Of a DNA stretch of 64,000 nt, positions 48,245-57,734 are shown in pieces. Numbering within the stretch: position 1 is the stretch's first letter; the number at the start of each line of letters is the position of its first letter. The DNA lies in NCBI GenBank assembly GCA_965213625.1, contig CBDBZU010000004.1, positions 3,744,001 through 3,808,000 on the forward strand. Reading direction: 5' to 3'. The notes under the pieces were generated by a model. That model did not search any database. It was not told where the DNA came from and was given only the letters and a program-made list of their open reading frames with translations. The position numbers were made by a program, and so were the translations under genes. The DNA is from a bacterium (GTDB lineage Bacteria > UBA8248).

Positions 48245-49420
48245 TTACAGGTGTTTGATTACCTTGAGGCGCTGTACGGAGTCGCCCGCCAGATGCGTCC
48301 AGACAATCGCGTCGCGAACGAGTTTCTCCACGCCCTCGTCCTTCATGACGCCGGCGCCCCCGTGGATGTCCATACACAGGTGGGTGACGCGCTGGATAAC
48401 GTCCGTCGAGAAATTCATGAGCAGGATGTTGTGCTTCATGTCGCGGTCCGCACCCTTTTCGAGATCGCACGCGGTGCGCATGACGTAGGAGCGCAGCGCC
48501 TCGGTGAGCATGTGCATCTCGGAGAGTTTGAGCTGTATGGCCTGGTGCTCGATGATGTATTTGCCGCCCTGCCAGCGCGTTCTCGCGTGGTGCATCGCCA
48601 TGTCGACGGCCGCCTGGCACACGCCCAGCCCGTTGGAGGAGAGTTCCAGGTCACCGAATTCGGACGTATCGCCCTTTCTCGCCTGGATGCCCCGGTTCAC
48701 CTCGCCCACTATGTTGGCGTGCGGCACGCGGGCGTCCTCGAAAATGAGCTCGGCGTTCTGGTAGAACCGCCAGCCGATCTTGTCGTACACCTTCCCTACC
48801 CGGAAGCCCGGCGTATCCGTCGGCACGAGGAAGAGCGTGGTGCCATTCGAAATGGGTACGTCGGGGTCGGTTCTCCCATCGATGAAGAAGAGCTTGCCCA
48901 CGCTCCCGTTGGCGATGTAGCGCTTGCGCCCGTTCAGCACCCATTCGTCGCCTTCGCGCACCGCCTGTAGCTTCCAGCCCGTGCGGGGGTCGTCCGAAGG
49001 CATGCGGTTGTCAGAACCCGCCGACTCCTCGGTTCCGCCTTTTCCCAAGAGATAGGTGTCGTCCTCCAGAAACGGCTTCAGGAACCTGTCTTTCTGATCC
49101 TCCGTGCAGGAGGCGGCGATGAGGTGGCTCCACTTCCAGCACTGGCTGAAGGTCTTGGATATCGCGCTGTCCCCGCGCGCGATCTCTTCCATCACCAGCG
49201 CCTGCGTAACGAAATCGATGCCGTGGCCCCCGCGTTCTTTGGGCACGACGGCGGTGCGAAAACCGAGCCGGGAGCCTTTCTTGATGATCTCCCAGTCGAA
49301 GGTCTCGCGCGGGTCGGAAATCAGGTCCCGCTCGAGCGATATGGGAGCGACCTCTTCGGTCGCGAATTTTCTCGCCTTATCGCGCCACGCCTTTTGTTCT
49401 TCGCTCAAATCGAAATTCAT
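48245..49420 (-). CDS. Acyl-CoA dehydrogenase family protein
   Basis: TE..AGSD, WVLNGRKRYIANG, HQAIQ and IHGGAG motifs. Confidence 0.9.
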   Translation of the reverse strand: MNFDLSEEQKAWRDKARKFATEEVAPISLERDLISDPRETFDWEIIKKGSRLGFRTAVVPKERGGHGIDFVTQALVMEEIARGDSAISKTFSQCWKWSHLIAASCTEDQKDRFLKPFLEDDTYLLGKGGTEESAGSDNRMPSDDPRTGWKLQAVREGDEWVLNGRKRYIANGSVGKLFFIDGRTDPDVPISNGTTLFLVPTDTPGFRVGKVYDKIGWRFYQNAELIFEDARVPHANIVGEVNRGIQARKGDTSEFGDLELSSNGLGVCQAAVDMAMHHARTRWQGGKYIIEHQAIQLKLSEMHMLTEALRSYVMRTACDLEKGADRDMKHNILLMNFSTDVIQRVTHLCMDIHGGAGVMKDEGVEKLVRDAIVWTHLAGDSVQRLKVIKHL

Positions 49421-49497
49421 AAAAACTCGTCCTCATCTGTGAAAGGAGAGCGGACTTGACCCCAAGTCCGCCCGTATGATCAGAAAATCCTTAGAAG

Positions 49498-50640
49498 TTA
49501 GACCGAGACCCCCTGGCTCAGGGGCAAGAACGCCTCATCCTCCTCATGCACGAGGCCCATTTCCCTCTCCATCTCGCGCACGAGGGGAATCACGTGCCTG
49601 CCCACGGTCTCGCATTCGCGGTGCAGGGGGAAGCCCGAGAGAATCAGCAAGTCGATGCCCGCCTGTTCGATCTCGATGATCTTCTGCGCGCATTCCTCAT
49701 AAGAACCCACGATGGCGACGGCCGAGCCCGAGCGGATGCGGCCCATGCCGGCCCAGAGGTTGGGACCCACCATCTCCTCGCGCGTGCGGGCCTGCTGGTC
49801 CTTCGTGCCCTTGCTCTCGAACGAGGAGATGACCTTGCCGCGATGCGCCAGCACCTCGGGGTCGACACGGCTCATCACCTCTTCCGCCGCCTCGAAGGCC
49901 TCATCTTCGGTTTCGCGCGCGAATATCTGAAAGCGCGTCACGTACTTGAGCGGTCGCGCCCTTCCGGCCCGCTCGCATTTATCGTTCATGTGCCGGACGC
50001 GCTCGGCCACCTGCTCAGGCGTTTCCCCCCAGAAGACCGAATACTCCGCCCGCCGGATAGCGATGTCCTGCGCGATATCGGAAGCCCCCGCCATGAAGTA
50101 GGGAATCCTCGGCTTCTGCACGGGCCGGGGATAGACGGTGGCGTCATCCAGGCGGTAGAACTTCCCCTCGAAGGAGTATTTCTCCTGCGACCAGAGGCCC
50201 TCCAGAATTTCCAGAAACTCATCCGTGCGCTCATAGCGCGTATCGTGATCCAGCGTCTCGCCGTAGCTCGCGAGCGCGCCGCCGCCCGTCACGATGTTGT
50301 AGAGGATGCGCCCGCCCGTGAGTTCATCGAGCGAGGCCATCATCCGCGCGCAGATGGCCGGGTCGATGATGCCCACCCGCACGGCGAGGAGCAGTTTTAT
50401 GGTCTTCGTCGCAGGCCCTATGACCGCGGCGTTCACCATGCTGTCCCACGTCGGGGCCTGCGGCCCGTAGTGGCCGCTTACCTGCGACGTCGGCACCAGG
50501 ATGGTGGTGAAGCCGCTGCGCTCGGCGTTTTGCGCGATGCGGGTGAAGGTTTCATAGCTCGGGGGATGCTCGGCGAACATCTGGCCGATGTACGCGCTGT
50601 CGCCGTCACATGACATATACCATGCAAGTTCTATGGCCAT
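49498..50640 (-). CDS. Luciferase-like (LLM) flavin monooxygenase, SsuD-like
   Basis: AERSGF..ILVPT, GGRILYNIVTGG, GPNLWAG and AIVGSYEE motifs. Confidence 0.88.
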   Translation of the reverse strand: MAIELAWYMSCDGDSAYIGQMFAEHPPSYETFTRIAQNAERSGFTTILVPTSQVSGHYGPQAPTWDSMVNAAVIGPATKTIKLLLAVRVGIIDPAICARMMASLDELTGGRILYNIVTGGGALASYGETLDHDTRYERTDEFLEILEGLWSQEKYSFEGKFYRLDDATVYPRPVQKPRIPYFMAGASDIAQDIAIRRAEYSVFWGETPEQVAERVRHMNDKCERAGRARPLKYVTRFQIFARETEDEAFEAAEEVMSRVDPEVLAHRGKVISSFESKGTKDQQARTREEMVGPNLWAGMGRIRSGSAVAIVGSYEECAQKIIEIEQAGIDLLILSGFPLHRECETVGRHVIPLVREMEREMGLVHEEDEAFLPLSQGVSV

Positions 50641-50870
50641 GAGGCTCTCTCCGGGTGGATTCGGTTCCCTTGATTGAGGCGCCAGTATATCCCCACCGAG
50701 GGCGTTTCGTCACTTGAGATCGGGGTTTCGCGCGCGGGCATGTCGATGGCGGGCTCGGAACAGGCTACTTCGAGGTGCTCGGGGCAGATTCCTTCTACAA
50801 GATCAGGACAGGTTCTCGATACGGCTCGCAGCCATCTTCTTGCGCCTCGGTGGGAGATGTCGCCGTACAG

Positions 50871-51104
50871 TCACTCCGATGTTCCCGCCGCCGCCACTTC
50901 CACAGTGTCGGCGGTCGCTTGAGGCTGTGGCGCAGGCTCGCCGTGCTCGCACAGACTTTCAAGATGCAGTTCGATGGCATCGCGGATCTCCGCCAGCGTC
51001 TTCTGCCGGGTGCAGCCCGTCGCGACGCAGCCCGGCAGATCGGGGACATAAGCCGCGTAGTTGTCAGGCGATTTCTCGATAACGACCGTGTATTTCACGC
51101 TCAT
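50871..51104 (-). CDS. HicB-family antitoxin (short form, no adjacent hicA)
   Basis: YTVVIEK..NYAAYVPDLPGCVATG.T......IRDAIELHLE. Confidence 0.88.
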   Translation of the reverse strand: MSVKYTVVIEKSPDNYAAYVPDLPGCVATGCTRQKTLAEIRDAIELHLESLCEHGEPAPQPQATADTVEVAAAGTSE

Positions 51105-51110
51105 GAGCGT

Positions 51111-51395
51111 CCCTCGATACGGGCCTTCGGCCCTACTCGGGATGAGGTTTTTTTGTCCCAATTTGTCTACTCGGGATGAGGGGGTTTTTCCGTTTCCCAA
51201 GCAGCCTGCTCGGGATTAGGGGGTTTTTCCGTTTCCCACTCAGGATACTCGGGATGAGGCGGTGATGTTTTCATATTCCGGTTTTCTCAACATCATTTCA
51301 ACACCCAACTCCCTCACCCTGAGTAGCGGCGAAGCCGCGTATCGAAGGGCCTGCTTGGGATGAGGGAATGTATTCCCTCACAGGCTGTCCCAGCA
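51111..51395. repeat. Composite palindromic repeat block 1
   Basis: CCCTCGATACGGGCCTTCGGCCC, then TACTCGGGATGAGG-type units at 51134/51168/51207/51246, then an inverted copy at 51311-51349. Confidence 0.85.
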
Positions 51396-51449
51396 ATCTC
51401 TTCATCCTTTCCGCTTGAAATCCTTCTTCGCCGCTTGCTTCAGCCCGTT

Positions 51450-51713
51450 CTAGTCCCCGTCAATCAGGGCGCGTTTCTTGCGGCGCGACCAGCTCTTGAT
51501 CCGTCGCTCCGCCGCGACGGCGTCGCTCGACAGTCGAAACGTCTCGCACCAGACGAGCTCAACCGGCCTTCTGCTGAACGTATAGCCCTCGAGCGCACCG
51601 CTGTTGTGCTCGCCGACACGCTCTTCGAGCGGCCGCCGAGTGACGCCGGTGTAGAAGCTACCGTCGGCGCAGCGCAGCATATAGACGAACGTCGGTAGCT
51701 CATTCGGTGACAT
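51450..51713 (-). CDS. Small GIY-YIG nuclease (YhbQ-like), possibly truncated by a nonsense codon
   Basis: FVYMLRCADGSFYTGVT, ERVGEHN, YT..RRPV and AERRIKSWSRRKK motifs. Confidence 0.9.
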   Translation of the reverse strand: MSPNELPTFVYMLRCADGSFYTGVTRRPLEERVGEHNSGALEGYTFSRRPVELVWCETFRLSSDAVAAERRIKSWSRRKKRALIDGD

Positions 51714-51720
51714 GGCGTCC

Positions 51721-51956
51721 CCTTCGACAAGCTCAGGGCAGGCTCTCGATACGGGCCTTCGGCCCTACTCGGGATGAGGAGTTTTTTTACTCTCCACTCA
51801 GTCTACTCGGGATGAGGGGTCCTTTTCGATTTCTGGTATGTTCAACTTTCTCCTCAACCCGTGTAGCGGATGCAAAACCTTCCCCTCATCCAACTCCCTC
51901 ACCCTGAGAAGTGGTGAAGCTATGTATCTAATGGCCTGTCCTGAGCCTGTCGAAGG
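51721..51956. repeat. Composite palindromic repeat block 2
   Basis: Bounded by the inverted pair CCTTCGACAAGCTCAGGGCAGG / CCTGTCCTGAGCCTGTCGAAGG; internal units at 51766 and 51804. Confidence 0.82.
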
Positions 51957-51961
51957 GCGCT

Positions 51962-52310
51962 CCCTCGATACGGGCCTTCGGCCCTACTCGGGATGAGGAG
52001 TTTTTTTGCTCCCCACTCGGTCAACTCGGGATGAGACGTTTTTTGCTTCCCACTCGGTCAACTCGGGATGTGGCGTTTTTTGCTTCCCACTCAGGATACT
52101 CAGGATGAGGCGGTGATGTTTTCATATCCCGGTTTTCTCAACACCCTCTCTTCATTCTTGTCCCTTACTCTGAGTAGCCGCTGCCTAAACCCTTCCTCAC
52201 ACTGAGTAGCCGCCGCCTAAACCCTTCCTCACCCTGAGTAGCGGCGAAGCCGCGTATCGAAGGGTCTACTCGGGATAAGGGCATATGTTTCCTCACAGGC
52301 CATCCCGGCA
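51962..52310. repeat. Composite palindromic repeat block 3 (homologous to block 1)
   Basis: Units at 51985/52023/52060/52097; shared spacer CGGTGATGTTTTCATAT.CCGGTTTTCTCAACA; three TGAGTAG units 32 bp apart. Confidence 0.85.
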
Positions 52311-52339
52311 AGCCGGACATATCTACATGTTCGCGAACA

Positions 52340-53200
52340 TCATCCGTCGAGAAACGAACCAATCTGGCGGCGGTAGTCGGCGTCGTTCATGTATTTCTTC
52401 ATGAAATCGCCCGTGGGCACGTTTTCCAGGTCTTCGGGCTCTACGCCGTCTCTAAGCGCCTTTAAGGTGGAATAGGCCGCCCCCGCCGCCGCCATGATGG
52501 GCTGGTGGCCCTGGAGCGCGACGCGCACGCCGAGACTCCCGAGATAATCCAGCCCCCGCACCTCCTTAGCACTCCCGCCCAGGATGATGGGAAGGCTCAC
52601 CGCAGCCGAGATGGCTTCAAGCTGCGCACGGCTCTGGACGCCCACCACGAAGATGGCGTCCACGCCCGCCGCCTCATAGGCCGTGACGCGCGCGACGGCG
52701 TCCTCCGTACTCGTGACGCGGGGCGCGCTCGTCCGGCCCGCAATCACCAGGTTCGGGTCCTGGCGTCCCTCGAGAGCGGCGCGCATTTTGCCCACACCCT
52801 CCTCAACCGTGCTGAGCTGCGCTCCATCCGCGCCGAAGGGCTGGGGGAGCACCGTGTCCTCGATGGAGAGGCCCGACACGCCCGCGGTTTCCAGTTCCTG
52901 GACGGTGCGCTTCACGTTCAGCGCGTTGCCGTAGCCGTGATCGGCATCCACCATCAGGGGCATCCCGGTCGCGCGGTTGATGCGCAGCGCCTGGTCGGCA
53001 AATTCCGTCATAGTGAGCAGGATGAAGTCGGGCGCGCCCAGCACGGTGAGCGAGGCGGTGGAGCCAGCGAACATCCCGACCTCGAAGCCGATGTCCTCCG
53101 CCATGCGCGCGGTGAGTGGATCGTAGACCGAACCGGGGTGCACGCATTTATCGCCTGCGAGCAGGGCGCGGAATTTCTCTCGTCTTGGCGTCCAGTTCAT
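52340..53200 (-). CDS. Isocitrate lyase/PEP mutase family protein (oxaloacetate decarboxylase-like)
   Basis: VDADHGYGNALNV, IEDT.LP and AYEAAGVDAIF motifs. Confidence 0.88.
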   Translation of the reverse strand: MNWTPRREKFRALLAGDKCVHPGSVYDPLTARMAEDIGFEVGMFAGSTASLTVLGAPDFILLTMTEFADQALRINRATGMPLMVDADHGYGNALNVKRTVQELETAGVSGLSIEDTVLPQPFGADGAQLSTVEEGVGKMRAALEGRQDPNLVIAGRTSAPRVTSTEDAVARVTAYEAAGVDAIFVVGVQSRAQLEAISAAVSLPIILGGSAKEVRGLDYLGSLGVRVALQGHQPIMAAAGAAYSTLKALRDGVEPEDLENVPTGDFMKKYMNDADYRRQIGSFLDG

Positions 53201-53589
53201 ATGACTTCGCGGCCTCCGTCGGAATAGGTGATCTTCATCGTCACCGTGCCTTCGTTCATGAGCCAGGGGCGAATGGTGAACGCCCGCGCGCCGCTCGCAT
53301 GCATGGGGTCTGACTCGGCGATCTTCCGCGCCTCGGCGAGGGAGCCTGCGCGGATGATGATCATCCCCTCCCCCTCCCAGCGCTGCTCATCGTCGGTCCA
53401 GAAAGGCCCCGCGCCGAACATGACCCCCTTCTGCTCGAGTTCGATCTGGAACTTCAGGTGATCTTCGAGATTCTCCATCACGGGTCCCAGGCCGTTCACC
53501 GGTTTCGTGAAATAGACGTACATCTGCTTTTGCAGACAGCCAGCGCTGGCGTTCAGGATGTCCTGCACGCTGATTTGCGGCTCGCTCAT
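53197..53589 (-). CDS. YciI-family protein
   Basis: HLKFQ..LE..G..FGAGP, GMIIIRA, DPMH and PWLMNEG motifs. Confidence 0.85.
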   Translation of the reverse strand: MSEPQISVQDILNASAGCLQKQMYVYFTKPVNGLGPVMENLEDHLKFQIELEQKGVMFGAGPFWTDDEQRWEGEGMIIIRAGSLAEARKIAESDPMHASGARAFTIRPWLMNEGTVTMKITYSDGGREVI

Positions 53590-53704
53590 GGTTCGCTCCT
53601 ATGAAGGGGATGATTGTCATTTCGATTTATGGCCGGGGCACTATAGCACTTTTCATCGCGCCGGCCAGCGGCTCGGTGGCATCGCAAGAATGCGCTGCGC
53701 ACCG

Positions 53705-54562
53705 CTAGCCCGACGCCAGCATCACCATACCCAGGAGGATAAGACAGGCCCATCCCATGCGCCGGCGCAACTCGCCCTCGCCCAGCAGAATAGACCCCAT
53801 CGCCACCGTGATCAGCACGCTGACCTCGCGCCCCGGCGCGACGTAGACGATCGGCGTGAAGACGAGCGCCGTCAGCACCAGCATATACGCAAGCGGGGTG
53901 AACACGGCGATTCCGAGCACGGCGAACTTGTGTTCGCGCCAATGCTTCGCGACGGCCTGCTTGCGCGTGACGGCGTAGGGAATCAGAAACAAGGCGCGCG
54001 CCAGGTTCGACCCGTAATCGAGCAGTATCGGCGGTATGGCGAGCGCGCTTACGGCATAGGCGTCCCACACCGTATAGCTGCCGATGAGCACGCCGGTGGA
54101 AACCCCGAACAGCAGCGAACTCGTGCGCCGCGTCGAGGACCAGTCGAAGCCGCCCGTCAGGAACACGATGCCGACGATGATCGCCAGGCCGCCGAGGGCA
54201 GTCTGTATGGTCAGATTCTCGCCCAGGACGGAGACGGCGAACAGGGTGGAGAGGAACGGTCCGGTAGCCCGCGCAACCGGGTAGACCAGGGACAAATCGC
54301 CCCTGCGGTAGCCCTGCTGGAGAAGCAGGAAATAGGCCATATGCAGTGCGGCGCTGCCGACGTAAAATCCGACCTCCCGCCACTCCATGAGGGGGCGTTC
54401 GATAACATAAACGACCACTACGACCGGCAGGTAGATCAGGACCGAGAAGACGGAAAACAGCCATACGAGTTCCGGCCCGCCGTTGATGCGCTTGACCAGC
54501 AGGTTCCAGGTGGCGTGACAAAAAGCGGCGGTAAGAACCAGCGAGAGGGCAAGGAAAGTCAT
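53705..54562 (-). CDS. DMT/EamA-family transporter
   Basis: HATWN, GDLSLVYPVAR and RE.SV motifs; about 10 TM segments. Confidence 0.9.
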   Translation of the reverse strand: MTFLALSLVLTAAFCHATWNLLVKRINGGPELVWLFSVFSVLIYLPVVVVVYVIERPLMEWREVGFYVGSAALHMAYFLLLQQGYRRGDLSLVYPVARATGPFLSTLFAVSVLGENLTIQTALGGLAIIVGIVFLTGGFDWSSTRRTSSLLFGVSTGVLIGSYTVWDAYAVSALAIPPILLDYGSNLARALFLIPYAVTRKQAVAKHWREHKFAVLGIAVFTPLAYMLVLTALVFTPIVYVAPGREVSVLITVAMGSILLGEGELRRRMGWACLILLGMVMLASG

Positions 54563-54640
54563 GGGGGCACTTTACGGTCTGGAGAACGGACGCGCCAGAC
54601 CTATCCACCACTTTGGTGAGACAACTCCCTCCCCCTTGAA

Positions 54641-54757
54641 GGGGTTGTTGAATAAATCCAATGCGGGAGGATTTGCTTTTGCTGTAGGGACAGGCCTCCG
54701 TGCCTGTCCTGATTGCAACCATCCTGAAAAAGGACAACCACGGAGGGTTGTCCCTAC
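54641..54757. repeat. REPIN-like inverted GTAG REP pair plus solo TIR-like end
   Basis: 54684-54757 matches the reverse complement of 28722-28813, including part of the spacer; GGGGTTGTTGAA at 54641. Confidence 0.75.
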
Positions 54758-54794
54758 AAATAACCTGTGACAACTAAAGGTACGGGCCGCTTCA

Positions 54795-55247
54795 TCAGGT
54801 ACACGAATCCCCACTCTCCTCCCGCCGCACCGTGCCGCCTACGGCGACCGCCGCGCTCAGCAAGATGAGGTTCTTGATGATGTATTGCCCCTCCAGCGTG
54901 GGGGCGAAGGGTATCTGCGTGAAGCAGACCTCGGGCAGCAGGAACAGCGGCAGAACCGTCCCCGGCATCTGCAGGAAGAGCAGGAACAGGGCGACGCGGA
55001 TGAGTGGGCGGAAGAGCAGCCCCACCCCTATCGCCACCTCCCACCAGCCGAGCAGGGGGATGAAAAAATCGGGCGGCAGCCAGTAGACCGTGCGGCGCAC
55101 GAGCTCGGCCGCTGCGCTCAGTCCAAGGGGCTTCAGAATGCCGAACCAGATGAAGACGACGGCGAGCGATATTCGGAGAAACAGCCGGCCGTAGCGGTTC
55201 ATCCAGCCCGAGATGCGGCGATCGATTTGGTCGATGTATGTGAGCAA
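54795..55247 (-). CDS. DoxX/DUF417-like membrane protein
   Basis: LRISLAVVFIWFGILK, GWWEV.IG and TLEGQYIIKN motifs. Confidence 0.8.
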   Translation of the reverse strand: MLTYIDQIDRRISGWMNRYGRLFLRISLAVVFIWFGILKPLGLSAAAELVRRTVYWLPPDFFIPLLGWWEVAIGVGLLFRPLIRVALFLLFLQMPGTVLPLFLLPEVCFTQIPFAPTLEGQYIIKNLILLSAAVAVGGTVRREESGDSCT

Positions 55248-55542
55248 AGGGAACTCCGGCCCGGCGGCGGGATTTGGAGCGCGACTGCATCTGCGAATAT
55301 AGCCGTTTACCGCGCGTGGGGAAATTGCCCGAGGCCATAAAATGATTCAGGTGAGAGGATTTATCCACTCTTCCCGTCCGACACTTTAGCGGGAGAGATA
55401 CGAAAGCCATCACTTCTTCAAATTGAAAAATTCAAATCATTCGCGCATAATTTCTACACATTCTATTTATGCGCAATAGCGGAAAGAGCGGGCGGCCCCG
55501 CCTCGGGAGCCGCGGCCTCATTCTCAAACCCAGGAGGTGTGT

Positions 55543-57270
55543 ATGATTATCGAACGTGATCTGCCCGTCGAGATGGATGACGGGGTGGTGCTGCGGGTCG
55601 ATGTATTCCGGCCCGACACCAAGGCGAAGGTACCCGTCGTCCTGGCCGGCGGCCCCTACGGCAAGGGCGTCAAGTATCAGGAACACTACAAGCCGCTCTG
55701 GGATTCGCTGGTGAAGATGCACCCCGACATCCTGGAAGGCTCGCAGCACCGCTGGCTCACCTGGGAGACGGTGGACCCCGAAATATGGGTGCCCTGGGGC
55801 TACGCCTGCGTGCGGGTCGATTCGCGCGGTGCGGGCCGCTCGCCCGGCTATCTGGACATCTTCTCCCCGCGCGAGACCAAGGACTTCGCCATCGCCATCG
55901 AGTGGGCGGGGCAGCAGAAGTGGTCAAACGGCAAGGTGGGCCTGAACGGCGTCTCCTACTACGCCATCAACCAGTGGCAGGTCGCGGAACTGCAGCCCAA
56001 GCACCTCACGGCGATGATCCCCTGGGAGGGCGCCGCCGACCACTACCGCGACTGGGCGCGCCACGGGGGCATTCTCTCCAACAAGTTCATGGAAATCTGG
56101 TATCCGCGCCAGGTCGAGGCGGTACAGCACGGAAACCCCAAGGGTCCGCGCGACCACTGGATGGAGACGCGCTCGACGGGTCCGGCGTCGCTTACGAAGG
56201 AAGAACTCAAGGACAACCGCGCCGACACGCTCGCAAACTTCCTGGCGCGCGAGATGGATGACGACTGGTACCGCTCCCGCTCGCCCGACTGGTCGAAGGT
56301 GAAGGTACCCTTCCTGAGCGCGGGAAGCTGGGCGGGCTTCGGCCTCCACCCACGCGGGAACTTCGAGGCCTACACGCAAGCGGCGTCAGAAGAAAAATGG
56401 CTCGAAGGCCATCCGGGCAGGCACGAGGAGTGGTTCTATCTCGAATACGGCATGGAGCTTCAGAAGCGCTTCTTCGACTATTACCTGAAAGGCGAGCAGA
56501 ACGGCTGGGAGAAAGAACCCCGCGTATGGCTGAACCTGCGCCGTCCGTTCACCGACGAGGTGGAACTGCGTAAGGAGCACGAGTGGCCGCTCAAGGGCAC
56601 CAAGTGGACGAAGCTCTACCTCCACGCCGGCGGCAAAGGGAAACTGGACGCCAAACCGCCAAAAGCCAAACGCTCGAAAACCTTCCGGGCGCTCACGCGC
56701 GGCATCACGCTCAGGACGGCGCCACTCAAGGAAGAGACCGAGATTACCGGCCCGATGTCGGCCAAACTCTTCATCTCCTCATCCACGGTGGATGCGGACC
56801 TGTTCGTCACTGTCCAGGCGTTCTCGCCCAAGGGGCGGGAAGTGTACTTCCAGGGAACGGTGGACCCCAAGACGCCGCTCGCACAGGGGTGGCTGCGCGC
56901 CTCGCACCGGAAGCTGGACGAGGAGCTGTCCGAACCCTGGCGGCCCTACCACACGCACGACGACAAGCAGCCGCTCACGCCGGAGCGGATTTACGAGCTC
57001 GACGTGGAAATCTGGCCCCAGTGCATCGTGCTGCCCAAAGGCTTCCAGCTTTCCATCAACATCGCCGGGCAGGATTTCGACCGGCCGGGCCCTGCGGTGG
57101 AGGCCTACGTGCCATCGCGCGGGTCGGGACCGTTCTTACACGATCACCCCGTCGACCGCTGCAAGGAGGTGTTCGGCGGGCGCACCACGCTGCATTCGGG
57201 ACCAGACCACCAATCTCACCTGCTCGTGCCGATCATCCCGAAACGTCGGCCCGGCGCGGTGGCAAAATAG
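55543..57270 (+). CDS. CocE/NonD family serine hydrolase
   Basis: MDDGVVLRVDVFRP, DSRGAGRS, GVSYYA and GWLRASHR motifs; ATG after AGGAGG. Confidence 0.92.
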   Translation: MIIERDLPVEMDDGVVLRVDVFRPDTKAKVPVVLAGGPYGKGVKYQEHYKPLWDSLVKMHPDILEGSQHRWLTWETVDPEIWVPWGYACVRVDSRGAGRSPGYLDIFSPRETKDFAIAIEWAGQQKWSNGKVGLNGVSYYAINQWQVAELQPKHLTAMIPWEGAADHYRDWARHGGILSNKFMEIWYPRQVEAVQHGNPKGPRDHWMETRSTGPASLTKEELKDNRADTLANFLAREMDDDWYRSRSPDWSKVKVPFLSAGSWAGFGLHPRGNFEAYTQAASEEKWLEGHPGRHEEWFYLEYGMELQKRFFDYYLKGEQNGWEKEPRVWLNLRRPFTDEVELRKEHEWPLKGTKWTKLYLHAGGKGKLDAKPPKAKRSKTFRALTRGITLRTAPLKEETEITGPMSAKLFISSSTVDADLFVTVQAFSPKGREVYFQGTVDPKTPLAQGWLRASHRKLDEELSEPWRPYHTHDDKQPLTPERIYELDVEIWPQCIVLPKGFQLSINIAGQDFDRPGPAVEAYVPSRGSGPFLHDHPVDRCKEVFGGRTTLHSGPDHQSHLLVPIIPKRRPGAVAK

Positions 57271-57321
57271 AACGCAAAAAAGCGGCTTAAGGCCTGGCCC
57301 GAGCCGCTTAAGATGAAACAA

Positions 57322-57354
57322 ACCGGGGGTGGGGAGATATTTCCCACCCCCGGT
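57322..57354. terminator. GC-rich hairpin downstream of the CocE gene
   Basis: ACCGGGGGTGGG-loop-CCCACCCCCGGT. Confidence 0.5.
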
Positions 57355-57572
57355 GTCATTGTGGCCCGAGGGAGCCCCCGGGTATCTTAAGGGGCCAATC
57401 CATTATCTGAGGGGGTTGTTGAAAAAGTCCCTCAATGCGACAAAACCACCTTCATTCCGAGACCCACGCTCCGGCGTGGGTTTTCGCGTTTTTACGAGCT
57501 TGGGCTGAGCTTTGACTGACATTGCAAATCTAGACGCCAGTCGAAGGAGTGGAATCCGGAGTGAATATGCGA

Positions 57573-57648
57573 TGGTGGGCGGGAGAGGACTCGAACCTCC
57601 GACTTGTGCCTTGTAAGGGCACCGCTCTTCCAGCTGAGCTACCCGCCC
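57573..57648 (-). tRNA. tRNA-Val (TAC)
   Basis: 76-nt cloverleaf GGGCGGGTAGCTCAG...GTGCC-CTTACAA-GGCAC...GGTTCGAGTCC...CCA. Confidence 0.96.
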
Positions 57649-57734
57649 GTCTAGAAATGGCGCGTGGAGAATAGCATTTTGAGAGTGGGGCGGCTATCCC
57701 CAGGGCCGAAGAGAATCTGGATTTTGAGGCTCGG

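Noticed and set aside
51134-52110. CRISPR array interpretation of the 34-39 nt periodic repeats
   Set aside because: The conserved part is only about 14 nt, the spacers are T-rich copies of one another, units occur in both orientations, and no cas genes are present
50788-52310. Integron cassette array
   Set aside because: No tyrosine integrase in the window, and the repeats lack attC RYYYAAC/GTTRRRY ends
57573-57648. tRNA-Val as an integration site for an island
   Set aside because: No duplicated tRNA 3' end or integrase seen in the window
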